From an uncultured Candidatus Rokubacteria bacterium (GTDB lineage: Bacteria > Methylomirabilota > Methylomirabilia > Rokubacteriales > CSP1-6): 64,000 nt of DNA. Shown here one piece after another: positions 17,859 through 28,689 of this stretch (the stretch's first letter is position 1; the number at the start of each line of letters is the position of its first letter). Where the stretch lies: assembly GCA_963762145.1 (NCBI GenBank), contig CAVXJS010000013.1:82772-146771 (forward strand), given 5' to 3'. The notes under the pieces were generated by a model, which saw only the letters and a list, made by a program, of their open reading frames with translations, was not told where the DNA came from and did not search any database. Made by a program: the position numbers and the translations under genes.

Positions 17859-19021
17859 CCGCGCCCGCGCTGATCACGCCGACGATCGCGGCGTGCCTCG
17901 CCATCTCGGGCGGCGTGCACGTCGTGATCTACCTGCTCAACGCCACGCTGCCCCTGCACGTGGTCGGCCTCGGGGGCAGCAAGACGCAGGTCGGCCTGCT
18001 CTTCGCGACGTCCACGACGGTCTCGATGATCCTGCGGCCCCTCGTCGGCGGCTGGGTGGATCGGTTCGGGGCCCGCCGCGTGATGCTGCCCGGGGTGGCC
18101 GTTCTCCTTGCGACCCTCCTGCTGCTCCCGCTGGTCGCGAGTCCCGCCGCATACGTCGGCCTGATGGCGGGCCTGGGCTGCGGCAACGGGGTGCTGGCCA
18201 CCGCGGCGGGCGTGCTCGTGGCCCAGGCGAGCCCGGCGGCCCGTCGCGGCGAGGCGCTCAGCGTCTACTTCCTGGCCACCGCCCTCTCCTTCGCCGCGGG
18301 CCCGCCGCTCGGCCTGGCGCTCTACGCCCACGCCGGCATCCACGCCTGCTTCGCCGCCGCGGTCGCCCTCGGCGCGCTGATCGCGGTGCTCATCCTGATT
18401 CTCAAGGCCCCGGCCCTGGGGGCCTCGTCAGCGCAGGGGTTTCGCTGGTTCAGCCGGCGCGCGCTGCCGGCCGCGGCGACGGTGGTCTGCGTGAACGTCG
18501 GCTACAGCTCGATCTACGCCTTCCTGCCCCTCTACGCGCTGGCCTCGGGCCTCGAGGGCAGCCTCGGGTGGTTCTACGTGCTCTTCGCGATCTGCATCAT
18601 CACCGGACGTCTGACCCTGCGTGGTCTGTCCGATCGGATCGGCCGCGCCCGGGTGATCGTGCCGGCGGTGACCCTCACCATGCTGAGCTACCTGATCCTG
18701 GCCCAGCCCCCACGGGTGCCGACGCTGGCCGCGGCCGCGATCCTGCTCGGGGCCGGCGTGGCCGTGTTCTATCCGACCCTCCTCGCGCTCGTGGTGGACC
18801 GCACGCCGGAGGCCGAGCGCGGCTCCGCCATGGGCACGCTCTCCGGCTCCTTCGATCTCGGCAGCGTGCTGGGCTCGCTCATCGTCGGCTTCACGGTGGA
18901 GCGCGTCTCCTTCGCGGCGGGCTTCCACACCGCGGCGGCGGGCGCGCTGGCGGGCCTCACCCTGTTCGTGGTGACGGAGCGGCGGGTCGCCCTTTTACGC
19001 CGCTCGACGCAGGGGGTATGA
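17855..19021 (+). CDS. MFS transporter
   Basis: GGWVDRFGARR and GLSDRIGRAR motif-A repeats, about 12 TM; GTGA overlap. Confidence 0.88.
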   Translation: MTAPALITPTIAACLAISGGVHVVIYLLNATLPLHVVGLGGSKTQVGLLFATSTTVSMILRPLVGGWVDRFGARRVMLPGVAVLLATLLLLPLVASPAAYVGLMAGLGCGNGVLATAAGVLVAQASPAARRGEALSVYFLATALSFAAGPPLGLALYAHAGIHACFAAAVALGALIAVLILILKAPALGASSAQGFRWFSRRALPAAATVVCVNVGYSSIYAFLPLYALASGLEGSLGWFYVLFAICIITGRLTLRGLSDRIGRARVIVPAVTLTMLSYLILAQPPRVPTLAAAAILLGAGVAVFYPTLLALVVDRTPEAERGSAMGTLSGSFDLGSVLGSLIVGFTVERVSFAAGFHTAAAGALAGLTLFVVTERRVALLRRSTQGV

Positions 19022-19031
19022 TGTAGCGTCC

Positions 19032-21820
19032 ATGGCCAACGACCGGATCGTCGTCCGCGGCGCCCGCGAGCACAATCTCAAGGCGATCGATCTCGAGCTT
19101 CCCCGCGATCAGCTCGTGGTGATCACCGGGTTGTCCGGATCGGGCAAGTCCTCGCTCGCTTTCGACACCATCTACGCGGAAGGGCAGCGCCGGTACGTCG
19201 AGTCGCTCTCGGCCTACGCCCGCCAGTTCCTCGAGCAGATGGAGAAGCCGGACGTGGACTCGATCGAGGGGCTCTCGCCCGCCATCTCGATCGAGCAGAA
19301 GACGACCTCCAAGAACCCGCGCTCCACGGTCGGCACCGTCACCGAGATCTACGACTACCTGCGGGTGCTCTTCGCGCGGGTCGGCATCCCGCACTGCCCG
19401 CAGTGCGGCAACGTGATCTCGGCCCAGACCGTCCAGCAGATGGTGGACCGGGTGATGACGCTGCCGGCGGGCACCCGCATCGTGGTGCTCTCCCCGATCG
19501 TGCGGGGCCGCAAGGGCGAGTACCGCAAGCTCTTCTACGACCTCCGCCGCCAGGGCTACGTGCGGGTCCGGGTCAACGGGCAGCTCCGCGAGCTGACCGA
19601 GGACATCGAGCTGGCGAAGACCAAGAAGCACACGATCGAGGTCGTGGTGGACCGCCTCGTGGTCAAGGACAACCTGGGCGGCCGCCTGGCCGACTCGCTC
19701 GAGACCGCCCTGCGCCTGGCCGACGGGGTGGTGCAGGTCGAGGTGCCGGACGGGCCGTCCTTCCTCTTCTCGGAGCGGCTGGCCTGCGCGGCCTGCGGCA
19801 TCTCCTTCCCGGAGGTGTCGCCGCGCATGTTCTCGTTCAACAACCCGTACGGCGCCTGCCCGGACTGCGGCGGCATCGGCACCCGCTACGAGATCGATCC
19901 CGAGCGCGTGGTGCCGGACCCGGCGAAGACCGCTCGCCGGCGGGCGCGCTGCGTCCCGTGGGCGGGACCGTCCGCGTCCTCGATGTTCAAGCAGACGCTG
20001 CGCGTGCTCGCGAAGCGCCACGGGTTCAGCCTCGACACGCCGTGGGCCAAGCTGCCGAAGAAGACGCGCGACATCATCCTCTTCGGCGAGCCGGACGACG
20101 GGTTCGAGGGCGTGGTCAAGATGCTCGACCGCCGCTACGAGGAGACGGTCTCCGAGGACACGCGGCAGCGAGGTCGAGCGGTTCATGAGCGCTCCGGGAC
20201 TGCCCGGCCTGCGGCGGCTCGCGGCTGCGCGCCGAGACGCTCTCGGTCAAGATCGCGGGGCGGTCCATCGCCGACGTCGTGCGCTTCCCGATCAAGGCGG
20301 CGCGCCAGTTCTTCGAGACGCTCGCGCTCTCCGAGCGGGAGCATGGCGATCGCGCGGCGCGTGCTCAAGGAGATCCGCGAGCGCCTGGGCTTCCTCTCGC
20401 AGGTCGGGCTCGACTACCTGACGCTCGACCGCCCCGCGGCGACGCTGTCGGGCGGCGAGGGCCAGCGCATCCGCCTCGCCACCCAGATCGGCTCGAGCCT
20501 GGTCGGCGTGCTCTACATCCTCGACGAGCCGTCGATCGGGCTCCACCAGCGCGACAACGGCCGGCTCCTCGACACGCTCAAGCGCCTGCGCGACCTCGGC
20601 AACACGGTGCTCGTCGTGGAGCACGACGAGGAGACGATCCGCGCCGCCGACTACGTCGTGGACCTCGGGCCGGGCGCGGGCGAGCTGGGCGGCCACGTCG
20701 TCGCGGTGGGCACGCCCGACGAGGTGATGGCGAACCCCGCCTCGCTCACCGGCCGGTTCCTGGCCGGCGACCGAGGCGCATCGCGGTGCCCGCGGTCCGC
20801 CGGCAAGGCCAACGGCAAGTTCGTGATCATCCACAACCCGCGCGAGCACAACCTGAAGGGCATGAACGTCCGGATCCCGCTCGGCACCTTCACCGCGATC
20901 ACCGGCGTGTCGGGCTCCGGCAAGTCCACCCTGGTCAACGACATCCTGTACCGCGCGCTCGCCTCGATGCTCCACCGCGCGCAGGACCGGCCGGGCGCCC
21001 ACGACCGCATCGAGGGCGCGCAGCACCTCGACAAGGTGATCGACATCGACCAGTCGCCGATCGGGCGGACGCCGCGCTCGAACCCCGCGACCTACACCGG
21101 CGTGTTCACCCTGATCCGCACGCTGCATGGCGCGCACCCCGGACGCGCGCGTGCGCGGCTACGAGCCGGGCCGGTTCTCGTTCAACGTCAAGGGCGGGCG
21201 CTGCGAGGCCTGCCAGGGCGACGGGCTCGTGAAGATCGAGATGCACTTCCTGCCCGACGTGTACGTGACCTGCGAGGTCTGCAAGCGGCAAGCGCTACAA
21301 CCGCGAGACGCTCGAGGTGCGCTACAAGGGCAAGAACATCGCCGACATCCTCGACGATGACGGTGGCGGAGGCGCTCGGCGTTCTTCGAGCCGGTGCCCT
21401 CGATCAAGCAGAAGCTCCAGACGCTGCACGACGTCGGGCTCGACTACATCCGGCTCGGCCAGGCGGCGACCACGCTGTCGGGCGGCGAGGCGCAGCGGGT
21501 GAAGCTCGCCACCGAGCTGAGCCGGCGCGCCACCGGGCGCACGCTCTACATCCTGGACGAGCCGACCACCGGGCTGCACTTCGCCGACATCCGCCGGCTG
21601 CTCGAGGTGCTCAACCAGCTCGTCGACCAGGGCAACACGGTGGTGATCATCGAGCACAACCTGGACGTCATCAAGACCGCGGACTGGGTCATCGACCTCG
21701 GGCCCCGAGGGCGGCAACGAGGGCGGCCGCGTCATCGCCACCGGCACGCCCGAGGAGGTGGCCCGGCAGGAGAAGTCGTACACCGGCCAGTACCTCGCCC
21801 GGATGCTGAGCGTCGGATGA
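19032..21820 (+). CDS. uvrA: Excinuclease ABC subunit A (several apparent sequencing frameshifts)
   Basis: [47 protein letters not shown] and [12 protein letters not shown] motifs, Zn fingers. Confidence 0.97.
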
Positions 21821-21852
21821 TTCCCGGCAACGGTTGTCCGCCACTGGGGGAG

Positions 21853-21879
21853 TGCGGGGGCCATTTCTGGGCCCCCGCA
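21853..21879. repeat. GC-rich hairpin between uvrA and pyk
   Basis: TGCGGGGGCC-atttctg-GGCCCCCGCA; shares a GGGGGCC/GGCCCCC core with the 2147 hairpin. Confidence 0.6.
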
Positions 21880-21905
21880 GCTGAAGAGCCTGAAGGAGTA
21901 GACGG

Positions 21906-23337
21906 TTGAGACGCACGAAGATCGTCTGCACGATCGGCCCTGCGAGCAACCGCGCTGGACGATGCTCGATCGGCTGGTGGCCGCGGGCATGGACGTGGCC
22001 CGGCTGAACTTCTCGCACGGCACCCACGCCGAGCACGCCGAGGTGATCCGCGCGATCCGCGGGTGGGGAGGCGCGCTGGGGCCGGCCGATCACGATCCTC
22101 CAGGATCTGCAGGGGCCCAAGGTGCGCCTCGGTACGTTCGTGGGCGGGCAGGCCACGCTCACGCCGGGCGAGCACTTCGTGCTGACCACCCGCACCGTGA
22201 AGGGCACCGCCTCCCGCGAGCTCGCTGAACCATCCCGAGTACCTCGCCGCGCTGCGGCCGGGCGACCAGGTGTGGATGGACGACGGCATGATCCAGCTCG
22301 TGGTGGAGAAGGTGGACGACGGCGAGGTGCGAGTGCCGGATCGTCGTCGGGCGGGCCGTGTCCGACCACAAGGGCGTGTCCTTCCCGCGGCTGCCGGTCC
22401 CGGTGTCGTGCCTGGCCGAGAAGGACGCGGACGGACCTGCTCTTCGGCATCGAGCAGGCGTGGACTACGTCGCGGTCTCGTTCGTGCGCTCCGCCGCCGA
22501 CATCCAGGAGGTCCGGCAAGTTCCTGCACGACCAGGGCGCCAACATCCCGATCGTGGCCAAGCTCGAGCGCGCGGAGATCGTCGCGAACCTGTCGGGGCA
22601 TCCTGCCGCTCGTCGACGCGGTGATGGTGGCGCGGGGCGACCTCGGCGTCGAGGTGCCGCTCGAGGAAGTGCCGGTCATCCAGAAGGACGTCATCCGTCA
22701 GGCGCGGCTTGGCCAAGGTGCCGGTGATCGTGGCCACCCAGATGCTCGAGTCGATGGTCACGCACTCGCGGCCCACCCGCGCCGAGGTGAGCGACGTGGC
22801 CACCGCCATCTTCGACGGCGCGGACGCGATCATGCTCTCCGCCGAGACCGCGACCGGGCGCTATCCCGGTGGAGACGGTCGAGATGATGGCGCGCATCGC
22901 GGAGCGGGCCGAGCGGGCGGTGCCCGCGTCGAGACGGCGCCCGCCAGCGGCCGGAGGCCTACGGCTTCCCCGAGGCGGTCGCGGAGGCGGCGTGCCAGGC
23001 GGCCCGAGCTCCTCCACGCCAAGGCCATCGTGGCTTTCACCCAGTCGGGCTTCACCGCGCGGCTCATCTCCCAGGACCGGCCGGAAGTGCCGATCATGGC
23101 GCTCACCCCGTTCTCCGAGGTGCAGCGGCGCCTGGGCCTCTACTGGGGCGTCTCGTCGCGCCTCGTCCGCAAGGTGGAGACCACCGACGAGATGGTCGAG
23201 GAAGTCGAGGCCACGCTGCTCGAGCGACGGCACGGTGCGGAACAACGACGTCATCGTGATCATCTCCGGCGCGCCGATGTGGGTGACCGGGACCACCAAC
23301 CTGCTCAAGCTCCATCGCGTCGGCGACCGCGCGCTGA
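21906..23337 (+). CDS. pyk: Pyruvate kinase (many apparent sequencing frameshifts)
   Basis: [31 protein letters not shown] and [18 protein letters not shown] spread across frames; TTG start. Confidence 0.95.
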
Positions 23338-23360
23338 GCGAGCTCGCACGGGAGAGGACC

Positions 23361-24150
23361 ATGGCGTACGAGACCCTGCGCTACGAGGTGAAGGACGGCA
23401 TCGCCACCATCACCCTCAACCGCCCCGACGCCTACAACGCCCTGAACCTGACGCTCGGCCGGGATCTCTTCCACGCCGCGCTGGAGGCGGACGAGGATCG
23501 GGCGGTGCGGTGCGTCGTGATCACCGGCGCCGGGAAGGCCTTCTGCGCGGGCGGCGACGTCAAGGACTTCGCGGACAATCCGGAGCGCATCGGCATCCTG
23601 GTCAAGGAGCTGACCACCTACCTGCACGGCGCGGTCTCGCGGCTGGCCCGGACCATGAAGCCGGTGATGATGGCGGTGAACGGCATCGCGGCGGGCGGCG
23701 GGCATGAGCCTCGCGCTGTCGGGGGACCTGGTGGTGGCGGCGGAGTCGGCGAAGTTCACGATGGCCTACTCGAAGATCGCCGCCTCGCCGGACGGCTCCT
23801 CGTCCTACTTCCTGCCGCGGCTGATCGGGCTGCGCCGCGCGCTCGAGCTGCACTACACCAACCGCGTGCTCTCGGCGCGCGAGGCGATGGACTGGGGGCT
23901 GGTCAATCGCGTCCATCCGGACGCCGAGTTCTCCGGCGCGGTCGCCGGGCTCGCCCGCGAGCTGGCCCAGGGGCCGACACAGGCCTTCGGGCGCGCCAAG
24001 CTGCTCTTCCACCAGTCCACCCAGGAGAGCCTGGAGACGCAGATGGAGCTGGAGGCGCAGGCGATCGCGGCCAGCGGCCACACCGAGGACTTCCGCAACG
24101 GCGTGGTCGCGTTCGCCCGCAAGCAGCCGGTGACGTTCACGGGCCGCTAG
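23361..24150 (+). CDS. Enoyl-CoA hydratase/isomerase (one frameshift near 23700)
   Basis: [25 protein letters not shown] and [14 protein letters not shown] motifs. Confidence 0.9.
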
Positions 24151-24155
24151 AACCC

Positions 24156-24641
24156 GTGGGCCGGCCCGATCCGGGCGAGCTGGGCCGCCGGCTGGACGAC
24201 ATCCTGGCGGCCGGCGAGCGCATGATCCGCGAGGTGTCGGCGGCGAATCTCGATCCGCCGCTCCGCGACCTTGCCTTCCGGCTCTTCCGGCTGGGCCTGG
24301 GCTTTGCGGATGGCATGGATCTCGGCCGCTTTCCGGACGAATGGCGGTACGAGCGCGCTCCCGACGATCTCCTCGACGGCGCGTCGGTGGCGCGCTACGG
24401 AGCCCTGGTGCGCGGACGGCTCGCGGGGTGGTTCGAGGGCGCGAGCCCGCTCGAGTTCGCGCGGGTGATCGCGGTGGAGGACGGGCCGCAGTCGGGGCAC
24501 GAGCTGCTCGAGCGCGTGGCCGGGGCGGCCGCGGGCCAGCTGCGCGTCCTCCACGACGGCCTCGCGCGCCGCGGGCTCGCTCCCCGGGAGCCGCTGCCCG
24601 CCGCCCTCGACGGGCCCTGGCCGCCCGCGCGACCCTGGTAG
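24156..24641 (+). CDS. Hypothetical protein (possibly DinB-like helical fold)
   Basis: ORF fills the gap with GC-rich codon usage; ends ELLER..QL; family call is weak. Confidence 0.5.
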   Translation: MGRPDPGELGRRLDDILAAGERMIREVSAANLDPPLRDLAFRLFRLGLGFADGMDLGRFPDEWRYERAPDDLLDGASVARYGALVRGRLAGWFEGASPLEFARVIAVEDGPQSGHELLERVAGAAAGQLRVLHDGLARRGLAPREPLPAALDGPWPPARPW

Positions 24642-24645
24642 CCGG

Positions 24646-27600
24646 TTGAGCGTGCCCTGTCCCCGCTGCCGGGCCGAGAATCTGCCCGGCCATCGCTTCT
24701 GCGTGGCGTGCGGCCAGGCGCTCCAGGCATTGTGCGCGCGCTGCGGCTTCGTGCACGAGCCGGGCGCGCGCTTCTGCGGCGGCTGCGGCCAGCCGATCCT
24801 GGCGCCCGGGCCCGTCCGCTTCGCCTCGCCCGAGACGTACACGCCGCCGCACCTGGCCGAGAAGATCCGCACCTCGCGCGGCACCCTCGAGGGGGAGCGC
24901 AAGCAGGTCACGGTGCTCTTCGCCGACATGAAGGGCTCGCTCGAGCTCCTGGCCGACCGGGATCCCGAGGACGCGCGCCGCATGCTCGATCCGGTGCTGG
25001 CCGTCATGATGGAGGCGGTGCATCGCTACGAGGGCACCGTGAACCAGGTGCTCGGGGACGGGGTCATGGCCATCTTCGGCGCGCCGGTGGCCCACGAGAA
25101 CCACGCGGTGCGTGCCGCCTACGCCGCGCTGCGGATGCACGAGGAGGTGCACCGCCTCGCCCGCGACCTGCGGCGCGCGGAAGGCGTGGACGTGCAGATC
25201 CGCGTCGGCGTCAACTCCGGCGAGGTCGTGGTGCGCGCCATCGGCAGCGATCTGCACATGGACTACAGCGCGGTCGGCCAGACCACGTACCTGGCGGCCC
25301 AGATGGAGCGCCTCGCGCGGCCCGGCTCGACGCTGCTCGCGCCCGAGACGCGGCGGCTCACCGAGGGGTTCCTGGCCGTGACCGCCCTCGGGCCGGTGCC
25401 GATCAAGGGCGTTCCCGGCCCGGTCGAGGTGTACGAGCTGACCGGCGCCGGCCCCGCGCGCTACCGGCTGCAGGCGGCGGCGGTGCGGGGCCTCACGCGC
25501 TTCGTGGGCCGCGAGGCCGAGGTCGAGCGGCTGCGTGAAGCGTTCGGCCGGAGCCGCGCGGGCGAGGGGCGGCTGGTGGCGCTGGTCGGCGAGCCGGGCG
25601 TCGGCAAGTCACGGGTCATCCGCGAGTTCGTGGAGGGCCCGTGGATGGAAGGGGCGATCCTGCTCGAAGGGCGGCCGGTGGCGTACCGGAAGACGCCGTC
25701 CTGGATGCCGGTGATGGACGCCCTGCGGCGCTACTGCGAGATCGACCGGCTCGACGAGGAGCGCATCATCCGGGAGAAGATCACCGGCAAGGTCCTGGCG
25801 CTCGGTCAGGCCCTCGCGCCCGCGATCCCGGCCCTGCTCGCGCTCGCCGATCTCGAGCCAGAGGACCCGGCGTGGCGAACGCTCGATCCGCCGCAGCGCC
25901 GGCGCCGCATCCAGGACGCGGTGCGGAACGTGCTGCTCGCCGAGAGCCGGCGCCAGCCGGTGGTCTTCGTGGTGGAGGATCTCCAGCGCATCGACGAGGA
26001 GACCCAGGCGCTGCTCGACAACCTGGTGGACCGCCTGCAGGGCACCCGCCTGCTCATCCTGGTCGCCTACCGGCCCGAGTACCAGCACCAGTGGGGCAGC
26101 AAGCCCGGCTACGCGCAGATCCGGATCGACCCGTTCTCGCCGGAGACGGCGCGCGCGCTGCTCGAGAGCCTGCTCGGCTCCGATCCGGGTCTCGCGGCGC
26201 TCAAGGCGGTGCTGATCGAGCGCACCGACGGCAACCCCCTCTTCCTCGAGGAGAGCGTGCGGGCGCTCGTCGAGACCCAGGCCCTGATCGGCGAGCCGGG
26301 GGCCCGTCGCCTCGCCAAACCTCTCGAGACCGTGCAGGTGCCGCGCAGCGTACAGGCGGTGCTGGCCGCCCGCATCGACCGGCTCACGCCGGCGGCCAAG
26401 CACGTGCTGCAATCGGCCTCGGTGATCGGGAAGGACGTGCCGTTCCCGGTGCTGGCCGAGATCGCCGATCTGCCCGTCGAGGGGCTGCGCGCCGGGCTGG
26501 CCCTGCTGCAATCGGGTGAGCTGCTCTACGAGGCGAGCTTCTTCCCCGAGATCGAGTACACGTTCAAGCACGCGCTGACCCACGAGGTGGCCTACGGCAG
26601 TCTGCTCCACGAGACCCGACGCGCGCTGCACGCGCGCATCGTGGACGCCATCGAGCGGCTCTACGCCGGACGCCAGGGCGAGCACGTGGAGCGGCTGGCC
26701 CACCACGCCCTGCGCGGCGGCCTGCGCGAGCGGGCGGTGGACTACCTCCGCCAGGCGGGGGCGAAGGCGGCCGCGCGCTCGGCGCACCGCGAGGCGGTGG
26801 CCTTCTTCGAGCAGGCCCTCGAGATCCTCGAGTCCGACGGGCCGCAGGGCCCGGCCCTCGCCACCGCGGTGGACGTGGCGTTCGCCCTCCGCGCCTCCCT
26901 GGCGCCGCTCGGCGAGTTCACGCGGACCCTCGACCACCTGCGCCGGGCCGCGGCCCACGCCGAGGCGCTGGGCGACCGCCGGCGCCTCGGGTGGGTCTCG
27001 GCCTACCTCACCCAGTCGCACTACACGCTCGGCGATCAGGCCGCCGCGATCCGCGCCGCCGAGCAGGCCGCGGAGGTGGGACGCTCGCTGCCGGACCGCT
27101 CGCTGCTGATCATCGCGGACTTCGGCCTCGGCCAGGCGCACCACGTGCTCGGCGCCTACCGCAAGGCGCAGCACCACCTCGCGCGAGTCGTGGACGCGGT
27201 GGAGGGCGACCTCGCGCGGGAGCGCTGGGGCATGGCCGGCTTCGTGTCGGTGGCCGCGCGCATCTGGCTGGCGGCCTCGCTGGCCGACACCGGCGATTTC
27301 GAGGAGGCGCTGGCCCGCGCGCGCGAGGGCGTCACGCTCGGGGAGGGGCCCGAGCATCCCTGGAGCCTCTCCGGCGCGTACATGACGGTCGGCTTCGTGC
27401 ACCTGAGCCGGGGTGAGCCCGAGGAGGCCGCGCCCGTGCTCGACCGCGGCATCGCCTTCTCGCGGGAGATGGACATCACGGCCTGGCTGCCGATGCTGCT
27501 GTGCGCGCGGGGGCTGGCCCACGTACGGAGCGGGAGCGTGCTGGAGGGCGTCCTGATGCTCGAGGAGGGCGTGGGGCGCGCCAGCGCGCTCCGCATCCTG

Positions 27601-27999
27601 AGCCGGCAGGCCCTGCGCCTGGCCTGGCTCGCCGAGGGCTACCTCCTGGCCGGGCGCGTGGACGAAGCCGCCGACGTGGCCGATCAGGCGCGGCGGCTGG
27701 CGGACGAGCACGCCGAGCAGGGGTACACCGCGATGGCCCTCCGCATGGTGGGCGAGACCGCGGCGCGGGCCGGGCAGAGCGAGCGCGCGGCGGAGCACTA
27801 CACCGGCGCGCTCGCGCGGGCCCGTGCGCTCGAGATGCGTCCCCTCGAGGCGCTCTGCCATCTCGGGCTGGGCGAGCTGGCGCGCCGGAGGGGCGACGGC
27901 GCCGCCGCGAAGGCGCCGCTCACCGCGGCGGCGAGCCTGCTCCGCGAGATGGGGATGCGCTACTGGCTGGCCCAGGCCGAGGCCGCGCTGCGGGACTAG
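24646..27999 (+). CDS. Double Zn-ribbon + class III cyclase + AAA (STAND) ATPase + TPR protein
   Basis: Four CxxC, ERKQVTVLFAD, GDGVMAIFGAP, GEPGVGKSR, GNPLFLEE and FKHALTHEVAY motifs. Confidence 0.92.
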   Translation: MSVPCPRCRAENLPGHRFCVACGQALQALCARCGFVHEPGARFCGGCGQPILAPGPVRFASPETYTPPHLAEKIRTSRGTLEGERKQVTVLFADMKGSLELLADRDPEDARRMLDPVLAVMMEAVHRYEGTVNQVLGDGVMAIFGAPVAHENHAVRAAYAALRMHEEVHRLARDLRRAEGVDVQIRVGVNSGEVVVRAIGSDLHMDYSAVGQTTYLAAQMERLARPGSTLLAPETRRLTEGFLAVTALGPVPIKGVPGPVEVYELTGAGPARYRLQAAAVRGLTRFVGREAEVERLREAFGRSRAGEGRLVALVGEPGVGKSRVIREFVEGPWMEGAILLEGRPVAYRKTPSWMPVMDALRRYCEIDRLDEERIIREKITGKVLALGQALAPAIPALLALADLEPEDPAWRTLDPPQRRRRIQDAVRNVLLAESRRQPVVFVVEDLQRIDEETQALLDNLVDRLQGTRLLILVAYRPEYQHQWGSKPGYAQIRIDPFSPETARALLESLLGSDPGLAALKAVLIERTDGNPLFLEESVRALVETQALIGEPGARRLAKPLETVQVPRSVQAVLAARIDRLTPAAKHVLQSASVIGKDVPFPVLAEIADLPVEGLRAGLALLQSGELLYEASFFPEIEYTFKHALTHEVAYGSLLHETRRALHARIVDAIERLYAGRQGEHVERLAHHALRGGLRERAVDYLRQAGAKAAARSAHREAVAFFEQALEILESDGPQGPALATAVDVAFALRASLAPLGEFTRTLDHLRRAAAHAEALGDRRRLGWVSAYLTQSHYTLGDQAAAIRAAEQAAEVGRSLPDRSLLIIADFGLGQAHHVLGAYRKAQHHLARVVDAVEGDLARERWGMAGFVSVAARIWLAASLADTGDFEEALARAREGVTLGEGPEHPWSLSGAYMTVGFVHLSRGEPEEAAPVLDRGIAFSREMDITAWLPMLLCARGLAHVRSGSVLEGVLMLEEGVGRASALRILSRQALRLAWLAEGYLLAGRVDEAADVADQARRLADEHAEQGYTAMALRMVGETAARAGQSERAAEHYTGALARARALEMRPLEALCHLGLGELARRRGDGAAAKAPLTAAASLLREMGMRYWLAQAEAALRD

Positions 28000-28664
28000 G
28001 GCGGGCCCTCGCTCACCACTCTGAAGCCGTAGTCCGAGTAGCGCAGCGCCGGCGGCAGCGAGGAGCGGTGGGCCACCGGGCTCCACGCGTCCTGATGGCG
28101 CCAGGCGCCGCCGCGAGACACGCGGCGCGTGCCCGTCTCCGGGCCCCGCGGGTTCCGCGAGGGCGACCGCGCGTAGTACGCCTCGTCCTCCCAGTCCAGG
28201 CACCACTCGTGGCAGACGCCCGAGAGCCCGACCAGGCCGAGCGGGTTGGCGGGCGTCTCGGCCGGACGGGGCGGGCGGTCGAAGGGCGCGGTCGGCGGCC
28301 GGTCCTCGCCCCAGGGGAAGCGCGCGTCCTCCAGGCCCGCCCGCGCGGCCTTCTCCCACTCGGCCTCGGTTGGGAGCCGGCAGGGCACGCCATCGCGGTC
28401 GGTCAGCCAGCGGCAGAAGCGCGTCGCGTCGAACCAGCTCACCCCGACGACGGGCTGCTCGGGGTCGTTGAATCGCGGATCGTGCCACCAGGCGGGCGGC
28501 TCGATCTCGCCGTCCGCGAGAAACGCGCCGTACTCGCGATTGGTCACCGGCGCGCGGGCGATGGCGAAGCGATCGAGCCAGACGCGATGGCGGGGGCGCT
28601 CGCCCGGATGGCCGTGCTCCCAGCCCATCCAGAACCAGCCGGCGGGGATCTCCACCGGATCCAT
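27996..28664 (-). CDS. Formylglycine-generating enzyme family (SUMF1/EgtB/PvdO-like) protein
   Basis: PVTN..Y, PVVGVSW, RLPTEAEWEKAAR, RGGAW and GFR motifs; lacks the catalytic Cys pair. Confidence 0.88.
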   Translation of the reverse strand: MDPVEIPAGWFWMGWEHGHPGERPRHRVWLDRFAIARAPVTNREYGAFLADGEIEPPAWWHDPRFNDPEQPVVGVSWFDATRFCRWLTDRDGVPCRLPTEAEWEKAARAGLEDARFPWGEDRPPTAPFDRPPRPAETPANPLGLVGLSGVCHEWCLDWEDEAYYARSPSRNPRGPETGTRRVSRGGAWRHQDAWSPVAHRSSLPPALRYSDYGFRVVSEGPP

Positions 28665-28689
28665 GGCGTCGAGTATAATCAGCGCCACC
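28665..28689. promoter_or_regulatory. Overlapping bidirectional -10 elements
   Basis: GAGTATAATC reads TATAAT on + and TATACT on - within a 25-bp divergent spacer. Confidence 0.6.

Noticed and set aside
19900-23710. Frameshifted uvrA, pyk and enoyl-CoA hydratase as pseudogenes or programmed frameshifts
   Set aside because: Dense 1-bp indels across adjacent conserved genes with intact motifs and no nonsense decay; typical of low-coverage long-read error
22869-24641. ORF-track 590-aa pyk/ECH/hypothetical fusion
   Set aside because: Chimera of three genes produced by indels; ECH has its own RBS and ATG at 23361
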